A DNA stretch of 64,000 bases from a virus. This document shows, piece after piece, positions 30,431 through 41,073 of this stretch. A program made the position numbers and the translations under genes. A model generated the notes under the pieces. It made no database searches. It was not told the origin of the DNA and saw nothing but the letters and a program-made list of their open reading frames with translations. The stretch covers positions 29,005 to 93,004 of the IMG/VR virus record IMGVR_UViG_3300010392_000664; one strand, 5' to 3'. Positions within the stretch are counted from its first letter, which is position 1, and every line of letters begins with the position of its first letter.

Positions 30431-31003
30431 TTACGATTGACTGCTAGAGTTACTAGATGCCGAACTGCTCGATTGACTGCTGCTCGATAACGAGGAGGAT
30501 GTCGAGCTAAAGGAACTCGGTGAGCTACTCGATGGTGAGCTACTTGACGATTGAGAACTGCTCGATGTCGATTGAGAACTGCTAGAGCTTGAAGAACTGA
30601 CCGAGAAGGAACTTGTGGAGCTAACCGAACTCTGGGAACTGCTCGATTGACTACTGCTCGATTGAGAAGAGCTGGAAGAAAGATCTTCCATCGAAAGAAC
30701 AGAAAGCCGATCCCCTGACGAAGGTCCAGGAAATTGCAATTCACCGGTGTGGAAATTCAAAACATCCGTAGTTGATGTTTCCCCGGAATTTAGCACATCA
30801 ACCAATTTTGCTTGCCAGATAGTGTTACTCGGAAGAGCAACAGTGACATTTTCAACTACCCCTGCATCAGCACTATGCTGTGCTGCTGGAGCAGAATCAT
30901 CACCTGCTCGATGCATTCTTGTGATAGTCAAGGTGCGGGTAGCCAAATTGGAAGGTGCCGGTCCCAGACCAAAAGTAACATTTTTCATTTCTGACTTCTC
31001 CAA
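30431..31003 (-). CDS. small beta-sandwich protein with ~82-residue C-terminal poly-Ser tail
   Basis: Ser tract 30434-30679; located in the head module. Confidence 0.7.
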   Translation of the reverse strand: MEKSEMKNVTFGLGPAPSNLATRTLTITRMHRAGDDSAPAAQHSADAGVVENVTVALPSNTIWQAKLVDVLNSGETSTTDVLNFHTGELQFPGPSSGDRLSVLSMEDLSSSSSQSSSSQSSSSQSSVSSTSSFSVSSSSSSSSQSTSSSSQSSSSSPSSSSPSSFSSTSSSLSSSSQSSSSASSNSSSQS

Positions 31004-31091
31004 GTGAAAACAGCGGCAATGCCATTAGTCGTAACAAATACAACTGAAAGGCATTGCCGCTGTTTGTCTTACTTTGGCGTTGCGTTGACGC

Positions 31092-31120
31092 ACTATACAA
31101 GATTAAAAAAATCAACGCAA
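31092..31120 (-). promoter_or_regulatory. sigma70-like promoter upstream of head genes
   Basis: Minus strand TTGCGT-17 nt-TATAGT in an intergenic gap. Confidence 0.45.
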
Positions 31121-31163
31121 CGTCTTATTTCTGGTTTTTGTATATTTTTACCAGATCTTTATT

Positions 31164-32114
31164 TTAAGAAGATCCAGGAACTTCACGCTCATCCGTAAGA
31201 ACTCTGACGTGCTTTAATTCGTTAGAGTTTCCTTTAACTTCTAATCGAAGGGTGAAATCAGATCCTTTATTCATTGCTGCACAAAAGAATTCGTCAAACT
31301 CTCTCATTTTCATGATAAAAAGTTTCAGGGCAGCTTGGTCAAGAATATCTTGAAATGTTGCTTTGTTATTCAACTGTCACCCCATTTTGCTAATATCTCA
31401 ACATCTTTGCCCGCCCACATTTTGATATAGTCCAGCGTAGATTTTTGCACGGCTAAACTAGTATTTCTGAACGACCGAATAAATAATTTGTCTCCGGGAA
31501 CAAAGATGACTTTTCTCAAACTAATATTCGCAACACCACTCACAGTAGAGGGCATCTGAGCATGCTCCTTACCGCACAACAATTCTTCATCATCTACACC
31601 AATTCTCCGCATTCGATAATCAAGACAATTTACTATCAAAATCCGAAGTTCCGCACCGGAGAACTTTTCAATGGACCGACGGATTTTAAATGCATTGCTG
31701 GGAGGCATGTCATCTACTGCACGAACTAAAACTCGATCACCAGGGTCGAACTTGACTCGTTCAGTATGGACATTTTCTATATGGGGAATTGCTGGCATTG
31801 TTCACCTAAAAGATTTTTTGAATTGGTTGATTTCTCAAACTTGAGTTAATGTCAAGGGTCCATTGAGCTATCCGTTTCAACGCCTTAGCTTCATCTTCTG
31901 TATGCCGCCTGTCTCCTAGTTTATGTCTAGTAATTACAGCATTCCATAATTCGAAGTCAGCCTTGATAGTTAGTTCTGGGATCAATTGGGTTCCATGTAT
32001 TCTTTTATGCAATTGAAAAACAGACTGCAGTCTAGGATAAATTGCATTAATGAATTCCAATGTCGCTTCATCGGAATCTCGTAGAATATTAGCGTGCCTG
32101 TTGTCTTTTGTCAT
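31164..32114 (-). CDS. three small hypothetical genes (31164-31373, 31370-31798, 31806-32114)
   Basis: Packed, coupled ORFs. Confidence 0.6.
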
Positions 32115-33214
32115 GCTTCTAATTCTTCCGTCGTTCTTAAAGAGTGTTCCTCAATTAATTGATTTGCAGTATCACTTGTCATTCCGAACATGGTCATAAC
32201 AGTGCATAAACAATTCACGCGATCTTCTGCAGGCAGGTTAACATCTGCGGGCCATCGAACCATTACTCCGTTAAGATTCCACAAACCCTCCCCATCTTCC
32301 GGCACACCATCTAAATCAGCATGAGCGTCCCTTGTAGTATCGGCCAACACCGACAACCAACCACGACGAATATTGCGTTGCTGGGCCGTATCTACGATCA
32401 CCTGATTGATTGCCCTAGTACGGGCCGCATTTAGGGCGTGTCCGCTCTCTGTGCGGGCTATCCGGCGACCTCTCCGTTTACCGTAGATTCCTTCTTCCAC
32501 AAGATTCGGGACCATGTTTTTAGCCATCGTTTCGATCGACTGGCCCTTAGCTATCCCATCTCGCAAATACTGCTCAATATCACCCGTTGTAGTTTTATTA
32601 ACATCTTCCCAATACGGTTGACTGAATGTTTCAGTCAGGCGGGATTGAATTTCTTCCTGCATCCAATTGGGGTACTCGGTTGAAAGCAATATATTCACTG
32701 TTCCTAAAACAGATGCTAAGGTAATGAGTTTGGTATCTTCATCTTCAACCTCACCCTCAGTCAATTGCTGCAGTAACAATTCAGATGCAGTTGACAATTT
32801 CGTTCTGTCAAATCCTTTAGAGGAATCCATAGAAGTAAGCAAAGTTTGCACCCGCATGACTTCTATAGAAGTGTTGATCCAAAATGGAACAATCAATTCC
32901 AATAATTCTTGATTCCAATCCACCGAAGTGTGTATTTGATCCGCGAGACGGGTAGCTTGGTCATCCGTAGTGAATCCCTTAGATCCCGACATTTCGCTTA
33001 ATCGAATGGAGGCGGATTCAATTTGCTTATTAAAAAACGGTTCTAGTAAATTTGACAGTGAACCGAACTTTTCGATTTGATTAGTGTTGATTTCTTTATA
33101 AACAGTTTTGCGAACATCTTCCGCCTGAAATTGACTTTTTAAGTCAATGACACATTTAGCCACATTTAACATTTTTGTGGCTACTTCTATCTTGTTGTCA
33201 ATATGCAGAACCAT
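32111..33214 (-). CDS. phage minor head protein (Mu gpF/SPP1 gp7-like)
   Basis: RIARTESGHALN, WLSV.D..TRDAHADLDG, WPAD..LPAEDRVNCLC. Confidence 0.88.
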   Translation of the reverse strand: MVLHIDNKIEVATKMLNVAKCVIDLKSQFQAEDVRKTVYKEINTNQIEKFGSLSNLLEPFFNKQIESASIRLSEMSGSKGFTTDDQATRLADQIHTSVDWNQELLELIVPFWINTSIEVMRVQTLLTSMDSSKGFDRTKLSTASELLLQQLTEGEVEDEDTKLITLASVLGTVNILLSTEYPNWMQEEIQSRLTETFSQPYWEDVNKTTTGDIEQYLRDGIAKGQSIETMAKNMVPNLVEEGIYGKRRGRRIARTESGHALNAARTRAINQVIVDTAQQRNIRRGWLSVLADTTRDAHADLDGVPEDGEGLWNLNGVMVRWPADVNLPAEDRVNCLCTVMTMFGMTSDTANQLIEEHSLRTTEELEA

Positions 33215-34875
33215 TATTTAGATTCTAATAACAGGGCAGGTGGTTTTTCTTCCTGCAGCCCACCTTTTGACAAGACGGATTCTATCAAACTCTGTGGAGT
33301 TTCAATAAGAGCATCTACCGACAGCTTCAGAGCTTTGGCCGCATCATCCAATGCTTGATCTTCTGGTGAGGGTGGGTCACCCTCACTTGGCGGAAATCCT
33401 CCTTGGTCTTGCGGAGGATCTTGTTCAATTTTGTCACCGGCGATTTGATTTGCGAGATCATCGGGCAACCCCAATCCGATTAGAATACCACGACCTTGTT
33501 CTACGGAAATCGTGCCTTCAGCCACAGCTTCAGCAGCATTCACTACTCCATGAATGTTTTGCTTTGAGATATAAGCCTCATTACCATCAACATCAGGAGG
33601 CAGGCCCATAAAAGCTCTGAATTCATTTTGTGTGATGTCACCACGATCCCTTGCTTTCTCGTACATGGTTTTTTCCATGCTGGGATCTGTTGCAACGCAC
33701 GGCTCTGACCATACCCGGTACTTTTCCTGCACTTTATTTGTTTGCGATTTATTAGCAAACCCGGTGAGGATAATCCCCAGCATGTCAAGAAAAGCATTCA
33801 CTCTTTGGCAAAAGCGATCCTGAACCACAAACGCCTGAGCATAACTACCGGCCATTTCTTCACCCAAGATAAATGGATGAACTCCAAAAGCCGACAAAAT
33901 TCTGGATCGGATTGCCTTTTCTGACTTTTCCCACCCCATTTCATTCTGGGTAGCCGACAGACGTTCGATTTTGTCAATATACCCATCAATGATAGCCGGA
34001 TTGCCATAATCAGCTACTCCCTTACTGACTCGGCCAATAGCTCCATGAACCTGCCTACGTTGGGCAGCAGTCAACCGAGGCCGGATACCTGCCGGGACGT
34101 CGGGGTGAGGATTTGTTCCCATTGTGATAATGACAGACGGGAACACACCATTTTCAAAAAACACCTTTTGTGAATTTTGAATATGATCATCAATACTGAT
34201 AGCGTTGTTTTGTGAATGGGCAGGTGCCATTGCTTTAGTGACATCCGACGGATCCGGTATGTAGGCAAATCCTACCTGATCCCTACTGAATGGTTCAGCG
34301 TTATATGATTTTGAAGGGTCATTTGGATTCACAATCTTAAATTCAGAGAATGCACCTTTCTCATGAATAGGCTGTACCCAGGTAGTGGGCAACGAAAACA
34401 TTTCAAACTTACCTTCACCATTCTCACCACCAAAGATGTAACTCCATCCGGTAAGATTTAAATTGGCAATGAAATTATAAACGAATTGCCATTTGCCCTG
34501 AATGGCATTCGGTTGACTTAATGCATCCAAAAAAGGATGATCAACAATAACCTCTTCCTCGTTCAAAGCTGATTTATGGGAAACCGACTTTGATGAAGTC
34601 CATTGCTTCTTATCAGTTTTTGAATTCATTTTAGACATTACAATGGACTTAGAAGCACCCTCCATTGCAATAGCATTCACTGCCGCATGCACCCAACCCC
34701 TGAAAAGAGCATACCGTTGCCTGTTACCGGATTGGCTTTGCATACCAGCAGTTAAAGAACCGGTCCCTAGATCGAAATCAAAGGAACCGGCTTGTTTCAT
34801 TCTCAAAGCCTGCTCATACGTTGATCGTGAACGGGCTTTAGACCGAGCTAAAGATTTTGTCAAAGCACTAGCCAT
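33214..34875 (-). CDS. portal protein
   Basis: WVHAAVNAIA, DHPFLDALSQPN, NLNLTGWSY, FFENGVFPS, ILSAFGVHP, ITQNEFRAFMGLPP. Confidence 0.92.
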   Translation of the reverse strand: MASALTKSLARSKARSRSTYEQALRMKQAGSFDFDLGTGSLTAGMQSQSGNRQRYALFRGWVHAAVNAIAMEGASKSIVMSKMNSKTDKKQWTSSKSVSHKSALNEEEVIVDHPFLDALSQPNAIQGKWQFVYNFIANLNLTGWSYIFGGENGEGKFEMFSLPTTWVQPIHEKGAFSEFKIVNPNDPSKSYNAEPFSRDQVGFAYIPDPSDVTKAMAPAHSQNNAISIDDHIQNSQKVFFENGVFPSVIITMGTNPHPDVPAGIRPRLTAAQRRQVHGAIGRVSKGVADYGNPAIIDGYIDKIERLSATQNEMGWEKSEKAIRSRILSAFGVHPFILGEEMAGSYAQAFVVQDRFCQRVNAFLDMLGIILTGFANKSQTNKVQEKYRVWSEPCVATDPSMEKTMYEKARDRGDITQNEFRAFMGLPPDVDGNEAYISKQNIHGVVNAAEAVAEGTISVEQGRGILIGLGLPDDLANQIAGDKIEQDPPQDQGGFPPSEGDPPSPEDQALDDAAKALKLSVDALIETPQSLIESVLSKGGLQEEKPPALLLESK

Positions 34876-34879
34876 TTAA

Positions 34880-36022
34880 TCATTCCGGCCTAGAGTGTGA
34901 TGATCCCACGGCAACTGCACGTGCTATTTCGATAGCACTTTCAGCATCAAACCTATCAAGTAAAACTTGATTAGCTGATATTAATCCGGGGATTGTGACT
35001 TCTTCAGCTATCTTGAGTTTTTCATTCAGGGCATCCATGCCCGATTCCATTTGTTTGACTTTGTCATTTGCTTCAAGAACAGATTCCTTAGCCCTATCTA
35101 ACACCACGCCTATTTCATGTTCCAGATGTGAAATGCTGTCTTTTAGGTCATTAAGTTCTTTTCTTGTTTTTTTGGATTCCGAAATCAGAACCCTGGCTTT
35201 TTTAGATAAGCTGCTCTCAGATGACTTAGCAAACAATCCTTTTATCTTAGAAAAGAACGGCATTAATCTGATCCATTAAAATTGTCGAAGTAATTCGATT
35301 TGCTCTCATTTTGTGGAGCAGAAACGTCAGGAAGCTCATTCTTTTCTAGTACCGCACCAGCACCGGGGAAGGGTTGAGCTTCAAATGCATCCGATGATCT
35401 TGTTTGAAACTGAGGTGCAATTTTCAAAGGAGTGGGCGAATCCTCAGCAATGCCCATTTCCTTTTCAAGCATCTCTTTCAACAAACGAAGACAATTCCAA
35501 AACTCCCCCGTCGGAAAGTTGGATGTTGTCTTTCGGAGAGTAACATCACCATTAGGCTCAATGGTAAACATTGCTCCCATCCATTTTCCCGTCGCCCCAC
35601 CTTCCTCAACCTGCTGAGCAAATGCCTTCTGGCCGTTCTCGTGATTCAACACTTCTTCTACGTTCATGACGTTGTTTTCCTTATTCATGAATAATTCCTG
35701 GTAACAATTTAAGTCGATTGACTTTTGCAAATTGCTGAAGATTTTTTACTAATTCTTCAGCCTTTTCACTCCCATTCCTTTCCGGTGGATTTTCATTGTA
35801 ATCGTAACCACAATGTTCTGCAGACTGCAAAAGATATTCACCGGGGTCAGCAACCACCACAGTAGTTACTTGAAGAATCACCTCCTCTTTTATTTGAATT
35901 GTAGGATCCTTGCCAACGGGTCTCCTTACCACACTATACCGAATTGCGTTTTGAAAGAACTTCTCTTCCGATCTTACACAGTCAAAAAACTCTTGAAGTG
36001 TAGGACACTCGATACGCATCAA
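34880..36022 (-). CDS. three hypothetical genes (34880-35263 coiled coil, 35263-35730, 35681-36022)
   Basis: Coupled ORFs occupying the position where terminase genes usually lie. Confidence 0.6.
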
Positions 36023-36387
36023 CCACCTCCGGTCAGTTTATTGCACATTACCTTGAAAGCAACCCCAAGTCCTGCAGTGCAATCAGGTTCCGCCACGGTC
36101 ACCACATCTATCAAATCCGGGGAACTGACCGCAACTCCATTTCTTTTTGTCACTAAAATTTCATTTCGTTCAGTAACATTAGGATCTGTTGTGAAGTAAA
36201 TTTTCGTATTGACAGCATATCCACGTTTTTCAAAATCCTGAACTTCTTTAGCGGAAGCCGGTTGTTCCCAACACTCGACTTCAGTTTGAACAACTGTTCG
36301 AGAATCTTTACTTCCTCCAAGTGTACCCGCAGACCGAGTTCGTAATCTTATTGTGCACTCATGAGGAAAGTTATCGAGAAGACTCAT
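36019..36387 (-). CDS. head closure/head-tail adaptor (SPP1 gp16-like)
   Basis: HECTIR....GTLGG, CWEQP, KIYF; follows the connector gene. Confidence 0.65.
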   Translation of the reverse strand: MSLLDNFPHECTIRLRTRSAGTLGGSKDSRTVVQTEVECWEQPASAKEVQDFEKRGYAVNTKIYFTTDPNVTERNEILVTKRNGVAVSSPDLIDVVTVAEPDCTAGLGVAFKVMCNKLTGGG

Positions 36388-36531
36388 GCACCACATCCCG
36401 TCTTGTAATTAACCCTTGTGGTTTTTCAGATTCAGGACACCCATTTATCAAAATATCTTCTTCCTTAGCATTGCCCTTCTCCACGACTTGCTTCATAAAT
36501 TCTAATAGCTCCGGTGAAATTTCGTTAGAAT

Positions 36532-36816
36532 TCATGACAAACCCGCCCATTTGGATTCCATAGAAACAGAGTGTACAAATGCTTCCGCTTTGCACCCAGC
36601 TTTCATTTTTTGGCAGTGATGTGTTACAGGGAAGTGGATCCCATTCAAATCAAAGGAATCCTGATTTCTATTCAATTCACTTGTGATGATAACCCCTTCG
36701 ATCACAAGACAATCTGGAATATGAGCTTTATAGATAATCTCTTCTTTTTTCTCCTTTTTCAGGAAGCCCAAACCCATCAAACCAGCAACACATTCCAAAA
36801 AAGATCTTCGTTTCAT
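36532..36816 (-). CDS. hypothetical protein with Tat-like N-terminus
   Basis: MKRRSFLECVAGLMGLGFL. Confidence 0.5.
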   Translation of the reverse strand: MKRRSFLECVAGLMGLGFLKKEKKEEIIYKAHIPDCLVIEGVIITSELNRNQDSFDLNGIHFPVTHHCQKMKAGCKAEAFVHSVSMESKWAGLS

Positions 36817-36825
36817 GTTGTTTTC

Positions 36826-37617
36826 CTAACTTGCCAAAGCCCAACCGTAGTTAACAAAATCATTCAGTTTTTCAACTGTCTCCGGAAGTAAATCCCACGC
36901 CCCACCTACTAATTTTTTAAGAGCTGAAGCATCTACCTGATAGTTATATTCCCCCATCCTTTCGCTGATTAGAGGCCCGGCAGTGAAACCAAGGCGAGCA
37001 CTTTTCTTTAATGCCTGGACTTTCAGAAATCTTCGAACAGCCTCATCAACAACAGCTTCATGAATCGGAGATGCATCAAGAATTAAATCTTGGCCACGCA
37101 ATTCCGCCTGAGTATACCCGGCAACATAAACGATTTTGACAGAACCTGCTATGTTAGGCCATCGCCCTCTGGATCGAATAATTCCGTCTTCGCATACTTT
37201 ATTGCCAGAAGAATCTACAAGATTATAATTTGGTTGAAAATCAGTCCCCTCTGTGCTCAAAGATGAAAAGGAACCCGGTCTTGCACCATTTCTGCCGTCA
37301 TAATCAATTGACAATGAAGTGATAGAGCGAACCGGTAAGTGCCGCACCTGCAATTCTTCGGACGACAAACCCCCTAACTCCCTCAGATACGCCTCCGTAC
37401 TGTTTACCTCCCACACGGCTTGCCGGGCATCCCTTGCGTAATCCATCTGAGGATAAAATTCAGTATGAGATCTTTGCACCGGATCGTACTTTAATTGCCG
37501 CTTAACAGCAGCTTCGGCTTTAGTGATACTTTGTATCACTAAAGCACGTTCTGTCTCGGTTTCAGAATCTTGCAAACCCAAAGCCAACAGCACTTCTGAT
37601 GTGTCTACTATTTGCAT
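36826..37617 (-). CDS. head-tail connector (gp6/gp15-like)
   Basis: IVDTSEVLLALG, I.KAEAAVKR, HLPVRSITS, VKIVYVAGY, SERMGEYNY. Confidence 0.82.
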   Translation of the reverse strand: MQIVDTSEVLLALGLQDSETETERALVIQSITKAEAAVKRQLKYDPVQRSHTEFYPQMDYARDARQAVWEVNSTEAYLRELGGLSSEELQVRHLPVRSITSLSIDYDGRNGARPGSFSSLSTEGTDFQPNYNLVDSSGNKVCEDGIIRSRGRWPNIAGSVKIVYVAGYTQAELRGQDLILDASPIHEAVVDEAVRRFLKVQALKKSARLGFTAGPLISERMGEYNYQVDASALKKLVGGAWDLLPETVEKLNDFVNYGWALAS

Positions 37618-37626
37618 GAGAGCACC

Positions 37627-37992
37627 TTATGTGTCTTCTAAAATAAAGATCTGTCGATCCACATTTTTCCATTCACCTACGTCCGCATTATCAAAATAAT
37701 CCAAAAATAAGGTGTAGACTCCAGGATCAAAGGTTAGATCACTGGCGTCAATTCTCAACCTATTTTTTCCGGAGGTAGGGGAATTTTTTGAAAAACTACT
37801 GCCGTTATCGGTATCTGCATCACTATCTACGCTAAATTGGGCATCTGCTAAAGCCGTTCCCAATCTACCGACACGACCAACAACCGCTCGGATTTTATCG
37901 TTTGACTGGGGTATTATCACACTAGAGTCAGCCTTAAGGATTTGAAAATCTTTAGTAAAGCCCCGATTTTTGTATGCGTAGATAATTGCCAT
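37627..37992 (-). CDS. small Ig-like virion protein (possible collar/fibre anchor)
   Basis: RIDASDLTFDPGVYTLFL beta-rich pattern; between the fibre genes and the connector. Confidence 0.5.
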   Translation of the reverse strand: MAIIYAYKNRGFTKDFQILKADSSVIIPQSNDKIRAVVGRVGRLGTALADAQFSVDSDADTDNGSSFSKNSPTSGKNRLRIDASDLTFDPGVYTLFLDYFDNADVGEWKNVDRQIFILEDT

Positions 37993-38013
37993 GACGACTT
38001 TATACCTTATTTT

Positions 38014-40608
38014 TTAGGACAAGGGCACCTCACAAGTTGCACTTTTTGGACTTACAATAATTCCAGCAGAGCTACTTGATGACTCGGAACTTGATGTTGA
38101 AAGACTTTGGCTGCTTGATTCGGAAGAACTGCTCGATGAGCTTACTGAACTACTCGATACCGATGAACTACTTGATGATGAGCTACTGCTGCTACTTGAT
38201 ACGGACGAGGATGAGCTACTCGATTGTGAAGATCTACTGGATGCCGAACTACTTGAATGAGATGATTCAGAAGAACTGCTGGATTCCGAAGAAGCCGACG
38301 ATACCGATGAGCTACTTGATGACTCACTCGATTGTGAACTGCTTGTAGATGATTGACTCGATGAACTACTTGATGATGATTCACTAGATCCCGACGATCG
38401 ACTAGAAGCTGAGCTACTTGATTTACTTGATGAGGTAGAACTTGATGAGCTACTTGATAATGACGAAGATGAGCTACTCGACTCGGAACTACTTGACGAG
38501 CTAGAGGCCGAAGACGGTGACGAGGACGACTCACTAGAAGCCGACGACGAACTAGCCGAGGAACTACTCGACGACGCAGACGACGACGATTCTGACGACG
38601 ACGACGACTCTGATGACGAAGTTGACGATGAGCTAGAGAGTGATGATGAACTTATCGATGAACTACTGGTTGAGCTTATCGAAGATGATGAGCTACTTGA
38701 TGATGCAGACGACTTGCTTGACGCAGAACTACTGGATCGACTGCTTGACAAGCTGCTTGATGATTCAGATGAACTGCTCGACGAGCTTACTGACGAGGAA
38801 GAACTGCTCGATAACGAGCTACTCGAACTGCTCGACAACGAACTACTTGACGAAACACTCGAAACACTACTGCTTGATATGGATGATCTACTAGAAGCAG
38901 AGCTACTTGATTGGCTACTCGCGGAACTGCTACTTGATTGGCTACTGGCAGAACTACTCGATTGACTGCTGCTTGATACCGATGAACTACTTGATGATGA
39001 TAAGGAAGAAGATGAAGACTCTGACGACTGGCTAGATGTAGAAACCGACGACCGGCTAGATGCAGAACTGCTTGATTTACTAGATGACTGTGAGCTACTT
39101 GAAACCGATGAGCTACTTGAAGATGAAACCGACGAGCTGCTTTGACTTGACACCGACGAACTAGAGGTGCTGCTACTGGATGTGCTGCTACTAGAGCTGC
39201 TGTTACTGCTAGATGTCGATGAAAAACTCGACGGTGAACTTGATGAAACAGATGATGACGTTGAATTTGACGGAGAACTACTGCTACTTGATTGACTACT
39301 GCTTGAACTGCTAGACTGACTGCTAGACGATTGCGAACTTACTGATGAAGATGATTGACTGCTAGATGATTGACTAGATGACGAATGACTAGATGACGAA
39401 GATTGGCTACTCGTAGAAGATACTGACGATTGACTACTACTGGATAATTCGGAAGACGAACTACTTGATTGCCCGCTGCTTGATTCTGAAGATGACGAAC
39501 TGTTGACAGAAGATAGCGAACTACTACTGCTCGACAAAGATGAAGATGAACTGCTTGATACAGATGAACTGCTTGATACGGATGAAACAGATGACGAACT
39601 GCTTGACAGGCTACTGCTAGAACTACTCGATACGCTTGAAGATGAAGATGTAGAAATCGAACTGCTTGACACCGACGAGTAACTCGAAGGTGAGCTTGAC
39701 GATAACGAAGAGGATACGGAACTACTAGAACTGTTTACAGATGAAACAGAACTACTTGACACCGAAGAAACAGATGACTGACTAGATGACGAAAACGACG
39801 AAGGTGAACTGCTGCTCGATCTACTTGATTCTGATGTACTTGAAGCCGAACTACTCGACAAAGATGACACACTCGATACCGACGAAGATGACGATTCCGA
39901 TTGTGAAGAAGATGACGAAAGACTTGATAAAGAACTTTCTGATGAACTACTCGAATTAATAGATGATAAGCTACTGCTTGATGAAGAATTTATTGAAGAT
40001 AAGGAACTACTGCTTGACGAATTCAATGACGACGGAGAACTGCTTGACGCAGAACTACTGGAACTTGAATTTACAGATGACGAAGAATCAGAGCTACTCG
40101 ATGACTCATCTGCCGCAGTGTAGTATACCGTTATTGTCAAGTGATCAACATATGCAACAGCACCTTCACCAGAATTAGAACCTCCCGTTACTGATACAGC
40201 AAAACCAAATGTTGATGCATTTATATCAGAATCAGTCCAGGTCTCTCCCCACAAGTAGGATGAACCTCCCAATGCACGAGAAGTTTCTGCACCTGACCAA
40301 GATAAGGTTTGATCCGTAGAACCAATGGATCCACCTTTGACTATTCGGGCAGCGTTATGACTCAGCACGCCGGTGAGGTCGTTGTCCCCACTTTCAGGAG
40401 TAACAACAATTCCATCTATCGTTGCTCCAGATGGGATTGAAAACCCGAAGCTCTGGAATAGAAGGTAGTGGGAAGTCGCAGATTCTACGTCAGCCGTCGC
40501 CCGCGAATCATCGCTTGACGCAGCATTTGAAGGATTCGACCATGACACAGTACCCACTGAAGCATCGTCAGAGATCGAACCGGATGAATTTGGGCCTTCC
40601 GATGCCAT
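38014..40608 (-). CDS. fibre-like protein: ~165-aa beta-sandwich + ~680-residue Ser-rich tract + short C-terminal peptide
   Basis: N-domain WSNPSN...FGFSIPSGATIDGIVV; Ser tract 38068-40104. Confidence 0.85.
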   Translation of the reverse strand: MASEGPNSSGSISDDASVGTVSWSNPSNAASSDDSRATADVESATSHYLLFQSFGFSIPSGATIDGIVVTPESGDNDLTGVLSHNAARIVKGGSIGSTDQTLSWSGAETSRALGGSSYLWGETWTDSDINASTFGFAVSVTGGSNSGEGAVAYVDHLTITVYYTAADESSSSSDSSSSVNSSSSSSASSSSPSSLNSSSSSSLSSINSSSSSSLSSINSSSSSESSLSSLSSSSSQSESSSSSVSSVSSLSSSSASSTSESSRSSSSSPSSFSSSSQSSVSSVSSSSVSSVNSSSSSVSSSLSSSSPSSYSSVSSSSISTSSSSSVSSSSSSSLSSSSSSVSSVSSSSSVSSSSSSSLSSSSSSLSSVNSSSSSESSSGQSSSSSSELSSSSQSSVSSTSSQSSSSSHSSSSQSSSSQSSSSVSSQSSSSQSSSSSSSQSSSSSSPSNSTSSSVSSSSPSSFSSTSSSNSSSSSSTSSSSTSSSSVSSQSSSSVSSSSSSSVSSSSQSSSKSSSSASSRSSVSTSSQSSESSSSSLSSSSSSSVSSSSQSSSSASSQSSSSSASSQSSSSASSRSSISSSSVSSVSSSSSLSSSSSSSLSSSSSSSVSSSSSSSESSSSLSSSRSSSSASSKSSASSSSSSSSISSTSSSSISSSSLSSSSSTSSSESSSSSESSSSASSSSSSASSSSASSESSSSPSSASSSSSSSESSSSSSSLSSSSSSSTSSSKSSSSASSRSSGSSESSSSSSSSQSSTSSSQSSESSSSSSVSSASSESSSSSESSHSSSSASSRSSQSSSSSSSVSSSSSSSSSSSSSVSSSSVSSSSSSSESSSQSLSTSSSESSSSSAGIIVSPKSATCEVPLS

Positions 40609-40617
40609 TTGCTTACT

Positions 40618-41061
40618 TTAATCAATAGTAGCAATTAATGCCGTCAAAGCATCCCGCAACCCTGCGGTCTGTCCCGGTGTAAATGTTCTTACACTCACTC
40701 CAGTTGGAGTCAAAATATCTTTCAAGATATAAGTCCCGTCATCAGGGAAGTTCGTGGATATCCAAGAAACGACGGAATCTATAGCGGCTATCATAGTATT
40801 GAATTCTGCCACAATATCCAGACCGATATCTTCAAATTGTTCTTGAGCATAGGCAGCAATACCTGGTGTTGCTTTGATTTCGTTAAATTCTTCATTTGCG
40901 TTAATGCATTGTCGATATATTTCAAGAACAACATTTGCCGACACATCATCGGCTTGCATAGCACTCACATAATTAGTGGATCGTTCTTTTATCAGACCCG
41001 CCAATTCTTGTGCTTTCTCAAGAGCCACAGCTTGAGAACTATTGGTTGCCGGAAATGCCAT
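40618..41061 (-). CDS. hypothetical helical protein
   Basis: GGAG RBS, 147 aa. Confidence 0.7.
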   Translation of the reverse strand: MAFPATNSSQAVALEKAQELAGLIKERSTNYVSAMQADDVSANVVLEIYRQCINANEEFNEIKATPGIAAYAQEQFEDIGLDIVAEFNTMIAAIDSVVSWISTNFPDDGTYILKDILTPTGVSVRTFTPGQTAGLRDALTALIATID

Positions 41062-41073
41062 AATATTTATCTC

